Positions 12,691 through 26,360 of a stretch of 64,000 bases of DNA are shown piece by piece (position 1 is the stretch's first letter; each line of letters begins with the position of its first letter). The DNA lies in the NCBI RefSeq assembly GCF_006345805.1, contig NC_042998.1, positions 64,418,001-64,482,000 on the forward strand, given 5' to 3'. The DNA comes from Octopus sinensis. Taxonomy: Eukaryota. The position numbers and the translations under genes are program-made. The notes under the pieces were generated by a model. It was not told the origin of the DNA. It searched no databases and saw only the letters and a program-made list of their open reading frames with translations.

Positions 12691-13185
12691 ATTTAGACTG
12701 GAATTAATATTAATAAGCGATGATCATTGACCATCTCTCTTTAATCACATGAGACTGGTATCAAAGCAGCACTTTAATCATATAACAATTCGTGTATTAT
12801 TTGAAATTGCGACATCGTATTGGCATTTCTTATGAAACAATGGAATATGTATTGTGATAGGTATAAGATTGCTTATTTGGAACCCTACACTGTGCATTTT
12901 TAGTGGATATCATCATGTTGCAAGCATTTCCCCCAAGCTGTAATATTCATATTATCAATTTATAAGCTCAAGCATAATATATCTATTGAAGCTAGGAAGA
13001 AACACTACAGAATGTCTAGGGAAAACTGAGGTGATTCTCAGAGTTCTTGAATACTTTCAACACAAGATACTGTAGTGAAATACAAGACCAACATAATAGT
13101 AAATGAGAATTAAATAAAGAGTTTCCTAGAAATATAATGTGTGTTTTATTTTCATGTATTGTACGCTTTCACATTTTATCTCTAA

Positions 13186-13440
13186 TTTCTTTCATTTTCT
13201 TGACTGTGGCCTTGATGGACATCGCATTGAAGGTTTTCGATGAACAAATCGACACCTCTGCCCAAAGACTTTATATTAATCCAAGTACTTGTTCTATCGC
13301 TCTCTTTTGCTGAACCGCTGACTTACGGGGACGTAAACACCAACACCGGCTGTCAAGTAGTTCTGGGAAACAAGAACAGACGCAAAGACAAACACACACA
13401 CTCACACATAGATATATACACACACGCACACATACATACA
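13186..13440 (-). mobile_element. SINE family A, 3' half (diverged)
   Basis: CTCTTTTGCTGAACCGCTGACTTACGGGGACGTAAACACCAACACCGG matches the reverse complement of the family A body. Confidence 0.8.
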
Positions 13441-13446
13441 CACACT

Positions 13447-13482
<36 letters not shown>

Positions 13483-13519
13483 ATAAGAAATTATAAAAGA
13501 AAATATGCACACTTACATG

Positions 13520-14570
13520 GTTATAATATAATTTTTAATGTATCGACTGGTTTCGCGATCGCTATTCATGACATAATGTTTAGTTTATATGAAAATATAT
13601 TTTTTCTTAAGAAGAAATTTGGTCCATGTTGTTTGTAATGAAATTCCCGAGTGAATAATTTTACAAATTGACAAGTAAAGGGAAGTAATTGGTTGTTATT
13701 ATTGTTATTGTTGTGTGTAAGGGAGATAACTGTTTAGGTTTTCGTTGGGGAATAAATATGTGTACAGAAAAGAGACAGGTTTAAAAAAAGGGGCCTTGTT
13801 TAGTAGGGAATTTATGTACAGTGATGTAATATGTAAAAATATAAAAGTTGGTTATGCGTGCTTATTAAGACGCGTTTTGTATTTTTCAACGTAAAATTTT
13901 CTTTATTTAAACGTTCTAGTTGAGAGATTGTGTCTTTGCACTGGTAGAAAGGGAAGACTGTAAATTTTGGTTTGATGTTACCTGCACATTTTTCTGTGTT
14001 CACTAAGAGGAACTTGTCTGTATTGCGGGAAACGGATTTGCTTCTTATGCAGAGTGATTCTCTACCTCAAAGTTAAACTCGTTTGTCCAATGTACTGATG
14101 ACTGCAACCCGAGCAGGTTATTACATAAATTAGGTTCTCAGAGGCACAGGTGAAACTAGTTTTAATTGTAAACCTCTGTCCTTTTTTGAAAAGGAAATCC
14201 GAGCCTTCAAGCAGGTGGGGGCAGGTTCCACAGTTCGGGCGTCCACATTTTTCAACCGTTGGTTTAGTGGTTGTTTTGTAAATCTTCGCATTTGTTAGTA
14301 GTCTCTTTAGCGATATATTTTTTTTTTTTTTTGCATTTGATGAGTTTGTGTGTTTTCAGGATGTCGTTCGTTTTGGATCTCTAGTTAATAAAGGGAGAGT
14401 TTGCCCAAGAGTGTTGAATGCCTCACTGTTTCTGGGGTTGTGTGTTGATATAAAAAGTAACGTTTTGGTTTCAAGTGTGGTGCTATGTTTTTTTGTTCTC
14501 AGTGTTTTTGTGTCTAATTGTTTGGCACGTTTAATTAAATTAAACCAATCCCAGAAGAACCAGAACAGCA
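13520..14570 (-). mobile_element. Penelope-like element 3' fragment (linker + GIY-YIG endonuclease + 3' UTR)
   Basis: Manual minus-strand translation gives ISTHNPRNSEAF...KCGRPNCGTCPHLLEGSDF...FTCASENLIYVITCSGCSHQYIGQT...EKYKTRLN, with a stop and a frameshift. Homologous to 59110-59676. Confidence 0.88.
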
Positions 14571-14724
14571 AAGAGAATTAGGGAGAAATTAGCATTAGAA
14601 ATATACAAGAGACACCCTTTACCCCTCAACGAAGAAACAACATAATTAAACACCCCGGGAGAAGGAAAGATCCAGAGAAGGGAAGACAGAGGAAAAAAAA
14701 TCGCCAACGGTACACACGCGGTCT

Positions 14725-14890
<166 letters not shown>

Positions 14891-15046
14891 CAACGGCTTC
14901 TTTCGGATTCCGCCTACCAAATCCACTTACAATGATTGTGACTGCACAAGGCTATTGTAGAAGACAATTTCCAAAGGGGCCACGCAGTGGTACTAAACCT
15001 CGAAAACTGGGGTTGTAAATCTGGCTTCTTACCACACAGTCACGCC
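14891..15046 (-). mobile_element. SINE family A, 5' half
   Basis: GGCTTCTTTCGGATTCCGCCTACCAAATCCACTTACA...TAGAAGACAATTTCCAAAGGGGCCACGCAGTGG...CTTACCACACAGTCAC is the reverse complement of the family A head. Confidence 0.8.
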
Positions 15047-16281
15047 GACGCCTGTTGTGCTATTTAATTTAGAATCGTACTTAAATATGCTTATTTTATT
15101 GGTTATTCATTCATAAATTGTTCCTTAATATTCATATTACATCAGTGTTGCGGTTTGAATTATGCGGTCACTCACATCTAAAATAACCAGCGCCCATTAC
15201 CAAATACTAATAAAAGCATAAAAGAAACTGTCTTAATAATACCATTGACATTAATTTAGTTCATATGAATACAAAGATATTAAACGTTTGAAAGAACCAT
15301 GTTCTATAGACTTCAAACATGTAATAACATCATATAAAACATGAAAACATATGTTTAATACAAGTATGGTTAAATGAGAAAAAGACATTTATACGAAGCG
15401 GCAATTGGATATTCGTATTACAAGCAAATATACGGTAATTAAATAGCTCATAATATAAGAGTCAATGGCAATATAATACAGGCTATGATTGGAATTATCT
15501 AAATCACATTGTTATGAAACACGAGACAGATTACCTTTTGCTCTGTGAGCCCGTTGTACAACAAACAAATATACATTGATTGCACATTTGATGACAATCT
15601 TATAGAAATGATTAACTTGAAAGATATGCGTGTTTAATTATGCTAACTATTTGAGGAAATATAATAGGAGTTTTCTCTTATTTATAAACTGTCTGCATAT
15701 ATATATATTCTCAATCATTGCCATCGTTCCATTTGTAGTTTGTAATAATTTTCTGGATTTCATTATACAATAGTCGGCAACTCTGATCATTTGATTGTGT
15801 ATAAGCCACATATACATTTATACAAATACGTACGATATTTAGAAAGGGGGAACAATGAGGACGTTATGGGCACGTGCAAAGACACACACACGCACATACA
15901 CAGACACACGAGAACACACGCACACACACACACAATCAAACTTTTTAGACAGCACATATTATTCTTTTCATAAGTGATTTCAAAACCTGGGATGCACTAT
16001 GGAAGCATTGTTTAAGTAACAGCAATTATAATCTTCTTCACCTTTGCACTGAGTTTCAACTATTATTTTGCCACATTGTATTTCATCTGAACGATATTCA
16101 TGATGTTACTCAGTTACACGCAAAACCAAATATGAACATAATATCTATTAGTTCTATATTTAAAAGATGAGGAACACTTTATATTATTTACATTATTTAC
16201 ATTTGACTGGTATTTAACTCATGGGAAATAGGTAAGCAAGCTACTTATCACATAGCCACACGTACGCCTGTATGTACATAC

Positions 16282-16330
<49 letters not shown>

Positions 16331-17250
16331 CAACTCATCTTCATTTAAGATGCGACTGGGGTTTTAACTACAGAAGCTAATAAATAATATGTATATATGT
16401 ATGCATGTATGTATGTATGTTTGTTTGTATGCATGTAAGTATGTATATATATATATATATGTACGTATGTAGGCACGTTTTTACATATATATAAGTATAT
16501 ATATATAGAACGAAGTCATAGATCAAGATAGAGTGACACTATATGTTATAGACAGAGATTTTATAAGAAATCTGTGCATGAATATGTTAGAAATGAACGG
16601 GGGCCATAAGTTCGGAGTTTAGAAAAGAACAATCGTAAAAGCGACGAGAATGCGGTTTAAAGTTAAATGCCAAAGGTGCATAATTGCAATAACGAAAAAA
16701 TTAAAGATCAATAGGAAGCATGATCAGCAGCCCGCCTGAACATCCAGATGCCAGGATGTCTGAAAGCATCCAAGTATGCAAATATGGAAATGTATATGGG
16801 CACTAATTCTAAAATTGCAATTTGCATAACGTAGTCCGCTGACCTTTCATTGGTAAAGAGAAAATGTATCCACCGATCATATCATATATTAATCTTAGAT
16901 GGTCCACAACATTTCCATTCAACTGGTCGAGGATATTCGCTGCCTCACGCTTTCCCCCATTCTCTATTCTGTTTCTGTCTGTCTCTGTTCTGTCTCTCAC
17001 TCTCGCTCACGCTCACTCAGTCTCTCTATGTATGTATAAATATATATATTAGTTAAGTGAATTTAGGGTTTGAAATAACCGTCTAAGGGATAAAAGTATC
17101 CATAATACTACCGGGATAATTACTTATGTTAACCCTAGGCATACATATGCAAGCGTATTATGCTCATAGGTTACAGGTAACGACAAAGGTAAGCATGCGT
17201 TTATCAGGAAGTAAACTTAAAGTGAACATAAAATGGACAAATGCTGATGT

Positions 17251-17434
17251 TCTATTCTTTTACTTGTTTCAGTCACTTTTACTGTGCTCATGCTGGAGCA
17301 CCACCTTTAGTCGAGCAAATCAAGCCTAGTACTTATTCAATTGGTCTCTTTCGACGAACTGCTAATGTTACAAGAACGTAAACACACCAGTATCGGTTGC
17401 CAAGTGATATTGGGGGACACACAACCAAACATAC

Positions 17435-17475
<41 letters not shown>

Positions 17476-17663
17476 ACACAGATACACACAGAGACACACA
17501 CACACATATATATATATATACGATGGGCTTCTTTCAGTTTCCTTCTGCCAAATCCACTCACAAGGCTTTGATAGGCTCGAGGCAATAGTAGAAGACACTT
17601 GCCTATATTGCCACGCAGTGTGACTGTATCCGGATGTATGTGCTTGGTAATGAAACTACTTAC
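17251..17663 (-). mobile_element. SINE family A, near full length with internal (CA)n/(TA)n
   Basis: Tail CTTTTACTTGTTTCAGTCA..., body, microsatellite and head ...GCCACGCAGTG...ACTACTTAC are all present. Confidence 0.88.
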
Positions 17664-17783
17664 AAGTTGTTTTGAGAAAATTTGGTATAAGTGTTTGACA
17701 ACTCAGCACCGTCCTTTGGACGGGGGCGTTTTGCTCGTTCTAAATATACAATATCTATGCATCACTTCAAACTCTCTCTCTCC

Positions 17784-17827
<44 letters not shown>

Positions 17828-20279
17828 GCATGCATATGATCACACAAGCTAACATAGTTTTTTGTGCCTGTGTATATGCTGGTAGGATACCAAAAACGGC
17901 ACAATCGCTTAGAGTTTCATTTATGACACTAACCAAACTCCCAGTGTTAAAAGTCCATTCTGCAAACCTCTCGCCCTTCCATTAATCAGAAACTATTTGC
18001 CGCTCAGAAACAAAAGAATAAATAAATTGAATATATAAAAATTCATTTTCGCTTTCTGTATAAATTCATATTCTCTTTCTTGTAAATCAATTCAATCGTC
18101 TTAATGCCGTTTGTCTATGAATCCTTGTTTTGCTTAGATGGTATGCTATCTTTTATTAAAAGATTTAATGAATTCGGTTAGTTTCCGATCTCCAGTTTCA
18201 GTTGTATTGTCCAGCGTTTAATTATGTATTTTCTCCATTTCAAACAATATTTAACAAAAATTGTATTCTAATAACTTCTTTCATTTTAAGTTATCTGTTT
18301 TAAGTTATAAATAAGAGATTTAGGCAAATATATATGAATTAGCAGTTAGAAAAAAAAACCTCATCAAGATTTGAATGTCGATGAATAATAAAAAAATTAT
18401 TTTGAAAACAATTTTGAACTTGAGAGACAGAAAGTGCCGTTATATAATTGTTATAAAAGCTGGCACACATCTAGGAAATTGAGGGTGGGGTGTAGGTGTT
18501 GCATATCGCCCTTAATACTTGAAATCCACTTATCGATATCGAAGGATTGAAATGCAATTTCAATCGCAACGAAATTTGTACTCAAACCATAAGGAGCCGG
18601 AATTAATACTGCTCCACATTTTATCCGCTATTATAAAAGATTTTCAGCTGAGGCCCTTAAAACATTTACACGTGATAACTGCATCTGTAGAATGTATATA
18701 TGTGGTTGCCCAATAACTATCTACAACAAAAATGTATATGAAACCTAAGACAGCTCAAACTCAATTATGAAGCTGTATACATCCGAGATATACAAAGCTG
18801 TCCAACAAGTCGAGACTTTGCCTCTCAGTGTGTGTGTGTGTGTGTGTGTGTGGTGAGTGTACTTGAACATTGTCTTCACCATGTTAAAATTGAATACAAA
18901 TTCTGTGAGTTCATCGAAGAATTTTGAGCCAAAATTTGAAAACATTTTTCGGAGTATTCCTCAACAGAGTGATTCACAAGATCTGTTTGTTTAGCAGAGA
19001 GGAGATCTCTGACAAGTATGACAAATATTTTCACGCCGTCTTGCAACTTCTTTCTATGAAGGCTTTGTAAACATCGATTTCACAAGTTCTGCATAGCATG
19101 TATTACCACATACACATGCGAACGTATGCGCAGGTATACACACATACACACACACTGTCAAGCTTACCGATTCACGTGCCTGACGTCGTCAAAATTTTGA
19201 ACAATTTTGGTTGGAAACCATTTTCCCTGAAGAACTGTATCATATTTTTAACATGTTTTGCGTGGGAATTATTACAATTGTAGAACACTCATTAGGCCCA
19301 GCAAAGATTCTGGAATACTGACTTAAGACCAAGTGATAAAAATGAAAGTATATATTTATATGTCATTCTCTCCAGCTCAGTGTTAAAAAATGCAGCTTTT
19401 GAATGGCACCGACAGCGAATATTTAATTCGATTATATTTAAAGAACTACTTGCTTCAGTCTGTTACTTAACTGCTCTATATCCGTCGAACGGCTTCATAA
19501 ACAATTACAGAATAAACAATGTTATTTCAAACCACCCCATAATAACTACATCAATTGTAGATGTGCATATAATATTTTAGACAGTAAAACGCAGGACATA
19601 TATGCGCATGGGTGTGCATATGTGCGTGTGCGTATGTGTGTATGTGCGTGTGCTTGAAATCTGCTTTGCAAAATCTCTTAGCGAACATTTGTAGGCTAAA
19701 TAAAGATATTTTTTTGGAAAACAAGCATATCACATAAGACATTGCTGGAATTTTTTAAATATTTACGCTAAATACTTAAGAAGTACACACCTTCACTATA
19801 TGCATATACACGTCATACTGTGATTATATTCATGTGTGGAGAATAATATTTGCATTCATGTATATATAAATACACACACACAAACACCGACACAAACAGA
19901 TATATATATATATAAATTGGCGACAGAATTCGCGTGTGAAAGTGAGAAAAATAGACGGAATACGACAGAGAAGACATACTTTCATTGAATGATATTATAG
20001 GCGAGTCTTCTATAATTTCATAAGCATTGTTAAGGAAATGCCAAACACAGGGAAAGTTCAAATCTTGCATGAGTTTTTATGATATCACATCATGAAATAG
20101 GAATTTTGAAATGTCAACCTAAAGCAAGTAGTTCTAAGCAATGTGTAAGAATTCCGTTTGTATTTGTGAAGATGTCAGGAAAAAAAAATTATTGATTCTC
20201 TAAGGATGGAAGATAAAGCAAATACAAAACTTTGCCCACATATTTAACATACATATACATGCCTACAGGTGGTTACACA

Positions 20280-20320
20280 CAATCACACACACACACACAC
20301 ACACACACATTATATATATA

Positions 20321-20363
<43 letters not shown>

Positions 20364-20538
20364 TATATATATATATATATATATGAGTGTGTGTGACTTT
20401 GTATGTGTCTGGGTGTGTGTGAGATTGTGTGTTTGTGTGTGTTTGTGGATGAATGTGTACATGCACGAACACCTGATGTACTTAAATATGTTAATTTTAG
20501 AATCGCATTAGTATATGCATATATACATATATATATAT

Positions 20539-20590
<52 letters not shown>

Positions 20591-20700
20591 ATATATATAT
20601 ACATAAATATATATATAATATATATAAATATATATATATATATAATATATATATACATATATACAGATGTATATGTGTATATATACATATGTATAATCAG
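20280..20700. repeat. Compound (CA)n/(TA)n/(TG)n microsatellite
   Basis: Directly visible. Confidence 0.95.
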
Positions 20701-21768
20701 CATACATACAGATGAGCTTAGCGATAAACTTTCCTCAGGTAAGTTTGATGAATATCATTTTAATTAAACATTTATTAAAATGTGCGTAAAATTTCAGTCA
20801 CGTAATCTGACGCAAATTCTGAACACCGAAATTATTTCTGCATAAATATATTCTACAAACTTACGAGAAAAAATATATTTCGAATTTTATAAGTGAAATT
20901 TACGTAATGAAACTTTAAAAAGCAAAATAAATATTAATCTTGTGCTACCATAAATTTGTCTTATGAATCGTGATACTCAAATTTTTGCCTGTATGCGCTC
21001 GTTTATATAAGTAATGTACATGTATACATAGATATACATAGTATATACAACTATGTATATCTCTGTCTACGTCTCTTTCTGTACCGTCTACTTTTATCAA
21101 TGCATATAATACGTAAACACACAAACATACACTTACATACGCAGCGTGCGCACGCGTCGACACACATTCATACACACTCGTTTGTTTGTGTCTACATGGC
21201 TCACAAACGCAACCATGAATTTTGGGTCTGCCATTTTGTTAACAAGAAAATTCGGAACCGATTCAATTTCATATTATTCGTTATAAATTAACCAGCAACC
21301 AACAATTTAAGCAATCGATTAATTAGCCGTTTGCATGATCAATCACTCCATCAGGTGGTCTGACAGATGCTTTGTGATAGTTTTACAGAAGCATTTCATA
21401 ACAAAACCAATGTCCCTGTACATCCAACGATGACATGTAAGATTTGACGTAAACTCTGGTGAGCAAACTATCTGTTTCTTCAATTGACTAAAGAAAAACT
21501 ATGGGCATCATTTACCAAGTATACGGTATATGCATCCCAACAATGTTTTAATGAAATCAGACCGAACTTAAGTGCGTGTCTCTTTGCGGCAAACTTTATA
21601 TTTCGAAAATGAAATATCATCTTTCACCTCGGGCGGGCATCGCCCATTTCAATAACTCGATTTACAGTTTATATGGAACAATTTGTTTCTTTGCTTAAAT
21701 AGATATCATTTTCATTCCTTTACGTTTTTTAAATCTGGATTTTGCCTAAATTCTTGTTCTGTTACTCT

Positions 21769-21812
<44 letters not shown>

Positions 21813-22279
21813 AGAGGAAATAAGGATAAAAGCAGTGTTTTACTATAATTCATACGCGCATTTCCTCATTATGGTTGTTTTGTGCCCTGCAATAGTTGTT
21901 CCGTTAGCATTTAGACGCTGAACGATAACGGATCATAACAGAAAACTATATTACCTTCAGTTATTTAGAAAGATGAGATATAATGAAGCTTATATGCGTC
22001 TAGTCACACAAAAACCCATACAAAATATTTTGATGTGCTACAGAGTGTGTATTTAGTAGGTACTGTCCAGTTCTTGTACAAAACTTGTAAAGAGTTTCGC
22101 TCACACTTATATCGCCAGTGACTGCAAGGTGCTTGGAATTCGTGCATGTGTAGTTTTTAGTAGTTTCTACGGCTTATTTCTAATACAGTTTTTTGCAAAG
22201 TGGAACAAATATGTAAAACAACGTGTGGACATAGTACAAGTAATGAATTATCAAACGCTCAGGAAAAGAAAGAAAGATG

Positions 22280-22314
22280 ATTTAACGTTTCGAGCAAAGC
22301 TCTTCATCAGAAAT
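22280..22314 (-). ncRNA. Minimal PLE-type hammerhead motif
   Basis: Minus strand ATTT-CTGATGA-a-GAGC-ttt-GCTC-GAAACGTT-AAAT: 4-bp stem I, 4-bp stem II and palindromic ACGT stem III. Confidence 0.55.
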
Positions 22315-22789
22315 AGAGGAAAGTAAAAATGTATATGATGATGTATCATAAAGACTATTCTACTTTGTATTTCTTCTCTGCATACTGTCTATACGCCAAA
22401 ACTCGTTTTCTCAGAGCCTGCCGAGATATCGTATGCATAATCACTATAGCGATGATTAAAACAATTAAAATATAAAAATATTATATGTGTATATGTGAAT
22501 ATATGCTTGTATTTTCTGCGTATTAATGGTGAGAAAATATTCTCCCAATCTTATTTTCTATGAATAACTTTCAAAGATGCTTGAACAGAGAGAGAGGGAG
22601 AGAGAGAGAGAGAGAAGAGAGAGAGACAGAGAGAAAGAGAGGGAGAGAAAGAGAGAGAGAGAGAGATCTGTCAATTAACGCAACACAGTCTGCTTGCTCA
22701 CGTCTGTACGTGCGTACATCGGCGACTACAGTATATATTGCTCTAGAAAACACACGTTTCATAATATCTGTAATATTTTCTAGAATTCA

Positions 22790-23167
22790 TTGCACTCCGT
22801 CGCTTACAGCAACCAGGGTCCAACTTGATCTGATGTCCGGAACAACCTGCTCGTAAAATTAACCTGCAAATGGCTGAGCTCTCCACAGACACGTGTACCC
22901 TTAACGTAGTTCTCAGGGAGATTTAGCGTGACACAGAGTGTGACAAGGCTGGCCCTTTGAAAGACATGTACAACAAAAAACCGAAAGAAAGAAGGAGAGA
23001 AAAATGTGAAAGAGTACAGCGGGGTTTACCACCACTCCCTGCTGGAGAATCGTGGAGCTTTAGGTGTTTTCGCTCAATAAACACTCACAATGCCCGGTCT
23101 GGGAATCGAAACTGCGATTATAGGACCGCAAGTCCCATGCCCTAACTACAAGGCCATTGCAACTCCA
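22790..23167 (-). mobile_element. SINE family B (tRNA head, RTE/Ceph-like tail), full length
   Basis: Reverse complement of GGAG..GCAATGGCC..GTAGTTAGGGC...TTTCGATTCCCAGACCGGGC...GAGAACTACGTTAAGGGTACACGTGTCTGTGG...; matches 51062-51424. Confidence 0.88.
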
Positions 23168-24275
23168 CTTCTATAATTATATCCTGATGATATCAATAGT
23201 ATTATACTATCTCGTATATCTTATTTCTTTTTATCAATACGTCTGACTATATGAAAGATATGCATTGGTATTGTTATTATGCCCATGCATCTATCATAGT
23301 TAAGAAATATATTGGAAACCTATGTTAATGAACAGAACCTGAATATAAAATCACGAAAGTATTTCACTGTGTCGATTATAAAGTAGCAAGAAGGAAAAAC
23401 ATTTCTGAATGCTTTTTTGCCGTTGAAATTAGTGGATGTACTTTTAAAGCCAACATTCTCTTCTAACAAATTACATATTAAATGCTTTAAACTACAGAAC
23501 ACTTCTACCTCTTTATTAAATGACTTCAATTAACCACAAACAGAATGTTTCTCTTTCTAAAAACACATCAATATTCGCATATTATACATTGTATACCCGC
23601 TAATAACACACCATGCTGTTCTTAATTTCGTTTCACACGCCTAATAACTGTAAATAACATTTAACTCCTTTCTCCCGTTTCTTATAATATGCAGTGATTT
23701 TATTTTATTAGTCACTAGAAACAGGTCACGCTCCGGTAAAATTTCGTAGCATTTCATGAATAAATTAAATATATATTTCCCAGGCCGTGGATAATGCAAT
23801 CAGGATGCAGGTTCACTTAATTCAGATACTGAAGATATAATATCGATAACGAAGAAACTCTTTCGTTAGTATTATTAATTGCCGTGATCTTACGAGTTCT
23901 GTAGGTAAGCCGTTACTCACAAAAAATTATAGTTTCCTCATCTGTATTATACTCTCATTATTGTTATCGATGCTGACGTAGTAGGCCTAGGAATCCTCTC
24001 ATTACCCTTCCTCCACATAAAACCCAGTATATAGATGATGGTGAAGAAAGAGTGCATTTGTACCCAGCTGGTATTCATTTACAGATAAGAAGGCTTGGTG
24101 CAACATGATTTGAGGTGCTTTGCTTAATAACATACCGTTGTTTTTTGCAAAAATTGACCATAAACACTACGCTACGCGGCACCTTCAATCACACAATTAG
24201 GGAGCTGGTTTTTTAGATACAATCCCATTGGAATTGAATAGAAAAAACTAGTAACTCAATCAACTCTTTCAGTAT

Positions 24276-24461
24276 TAGTTGTATGCTGTCAACTTAATGT
24301 GACAGTCCCATGAAGGACACATTTCCTGTGTCCCCTTGTAAACATGAGGACACAGGAAATGTGTCAAGGCCGATAGGAAGCCGTACTGCTTCCTAGGGCT
24401 AAAGAGCAGTAGTATTATTCCTTTCATGGGACTGTCACATTAAGTTGACAGCATACAACTA
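24276..24461. mobile_element. MITE-like element with perfect 39-bp inverted termini
   Basis: 24276-24314 TAGTTGTATGCTGTCAACTTAATGTGACAGTCCCATGAA is the exact reverse complement of 24423-24461. The outermost TA could be a TA target-site duplication. Confidence 0.8.
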
Positions 24462-24620
24462 CGTTATTGTATCACTGCTATATAAATCTCTCTGGGAGAT
24501 TTAGAAATGTAATATTTCTGATTCAGTTTTGTAATGCATTCAACTGGATTTAATCAATTTACGAAATAACGAAAGTAATATGTTGTGAACGTATTTGTAG
24601 TGTGGTAATGATAAATATAT

Positions 24621-24880
24621 GGAGGTACAATGACCCAGTGGTTAGGGCAACGAACTCGCGGTTTCGATTCCCAGACCGGGCGTTATGTGTGTTTATTGAG
24701 TGAAAATACCTAAAGGCTCCACGTGGCTCCGGCAGAGGGTGGTAGTGACCCCTGTTGTACTCTTCCACCACAACTTTCTTTCACTCTCTCTTTCTGTTTC
24801 GTGTGTAACGGTGTGATGGACTGGAGTCCTGTCCACCTGGGGGGAACACATACGACACAGAAACCAGGAAAAGGGAAAAA
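24621..24880 (+). mobile_element. SINE family B head/body with alternative 3' module
   Basis: Family B head to ...CACCACAACTTTCTTTCACTCTC, then GTGATGGACTGGAGTCCTGTCCACCTGGGGGGAACAC...GAAACCAGG in place of the usual tail. Confidence 0.75.
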
Positions 24881-26360
24881 AAAATTATAATTATACAAAG
24901 AATTTCAATATTTGGTTTATCAGAATCTTGTGTTTGAAAATATGCACACGCTTCTAAGGTGGGAATACTTTTTGCTTAGGCTAGTTGATACATGATTTCT
25001 CTTTAAGCTAATCTCTATATTTATATCTTAGTTTTTCATTACATTTCGTTCTAATTGTGTTCTTGTTGGAAGATTTGTGTCGTTAACATCATATGATAAA
25101 TGAATGCACATTATAAATTTAATTTTTATGCTTTATTTATGGACAAGTATCTATTCACCACATGCCATACTTTATAGCAAAAATGTTAGGTATTGTTGTA
25201 TAAATATTTACCCATACAAGACCTTCAGATAACTGGGAGAGTGAATTACGTATCATTAAACAAGTGGCCTTATTTAAATGCTTGCAAAACAACGGCCTCC
25301 ACTAAAATCACCCAAGATTCGAGGTGCTGTTGTTAACCGGACAAGATGTTACGTGAAAAACTGATGTATGCCATGTTAGAAAGAATTTCACGATGAAAAA
25401 GATGTAGCAGATATTCGGTATGAGGTCGTAAGATTTCCGCTAATTCACCGCTCTGTATGGATCCTTTTATATATTATATATATATATATATAATATATAT
25501 ATATATATGTATATTTAACTTGGAATCGCTATAGACAAATTTTACATGGGAGGGTTTCAACTCAGATTGCGAAGGATAGTATAAATATGCTTGAAATAGT
25601 ATTGAGTATATAACACTCATAATATAGCGCTTATAACAGTATCGGATATATGCCACGTAACAAGCGTCCAAAACAAAGTGTGGATCGATTGGTTGTAAAT
25701 TCATAAATATTTAAACCGCTTAGCCAAAGGACATTTATTGAATTAAAATGTGCTGTTCTCAGACTCGGAGAGGTTACATATAATTTCCGGCATAGCGTTG
25801 GCAAAGATAAGACAACGACTGCCAGAATATTTCGTCTTATTTGTTCCAGTTCTCTACATTCTCCGTTCTAAACACCTCGAGGCCGTTTCATTTTCTTCTC
25901 TGCGGAAACAACTATCACAGTCCAGCTCTCGAGCGATTCTTTACTCTTAGTTTGTCTCATTCTCAATTTCTCTCTGCAGATTACACCTCTAATTCAAATA
26001 GCCATCGTTTTTACATTGTCATTCGCTGACTCAGTCTCACAAATAATTTAATGGAATGCTTAGTTGCAAACACATTAATGTCACGAGTAGAAATTTAATT
26101 GGTCAAGCAATGGAAAGCTCTTCGACGGGACTGCCGAAATACCGCCGTAAATAATATATTCCAGATCGTTTCCCCACAATCTGTACTTTTTGGCAGAACT
26201 GCTATCGAGAATGAAAACACACTTTGAATATGCTATGCTCCAGACCCGATAGATTCTCTTACTGTAATGTTTAGTACATCCCCTTGAAGTTATACTAATA
26301 ACAGAAAGTTGTACTTATTCTACTTCAACCTCCAGTGTATTCTACAAGTCAACAACAGCA

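Noticed and set aside
16730-16970. Possible host exons (MISSPPEHPDARMSESIQ on +; ILDQLNGNVVDHLRLIYDMIGG on -)
   Set aside because: Donor-like GT sites exist but acceptors lack pyrimidine tracts and the peptides match nothing I recognise.
21330-21500. Minus-strand open stretch after a good acceptor (GTTTTTCTTTAG)
   Set aside because: No convincing donor and no recognisable peptide; left unannotated pending RNA-seq.
23820-23875. CTGAAGA...GATAACGAAG/TTTCGTTA hammerhead-like arrangement
   Set aside because: GAAA is replaced by GATA, the core overlaps stem I and there is no credible stem II; chance level in AT-rich DNA.
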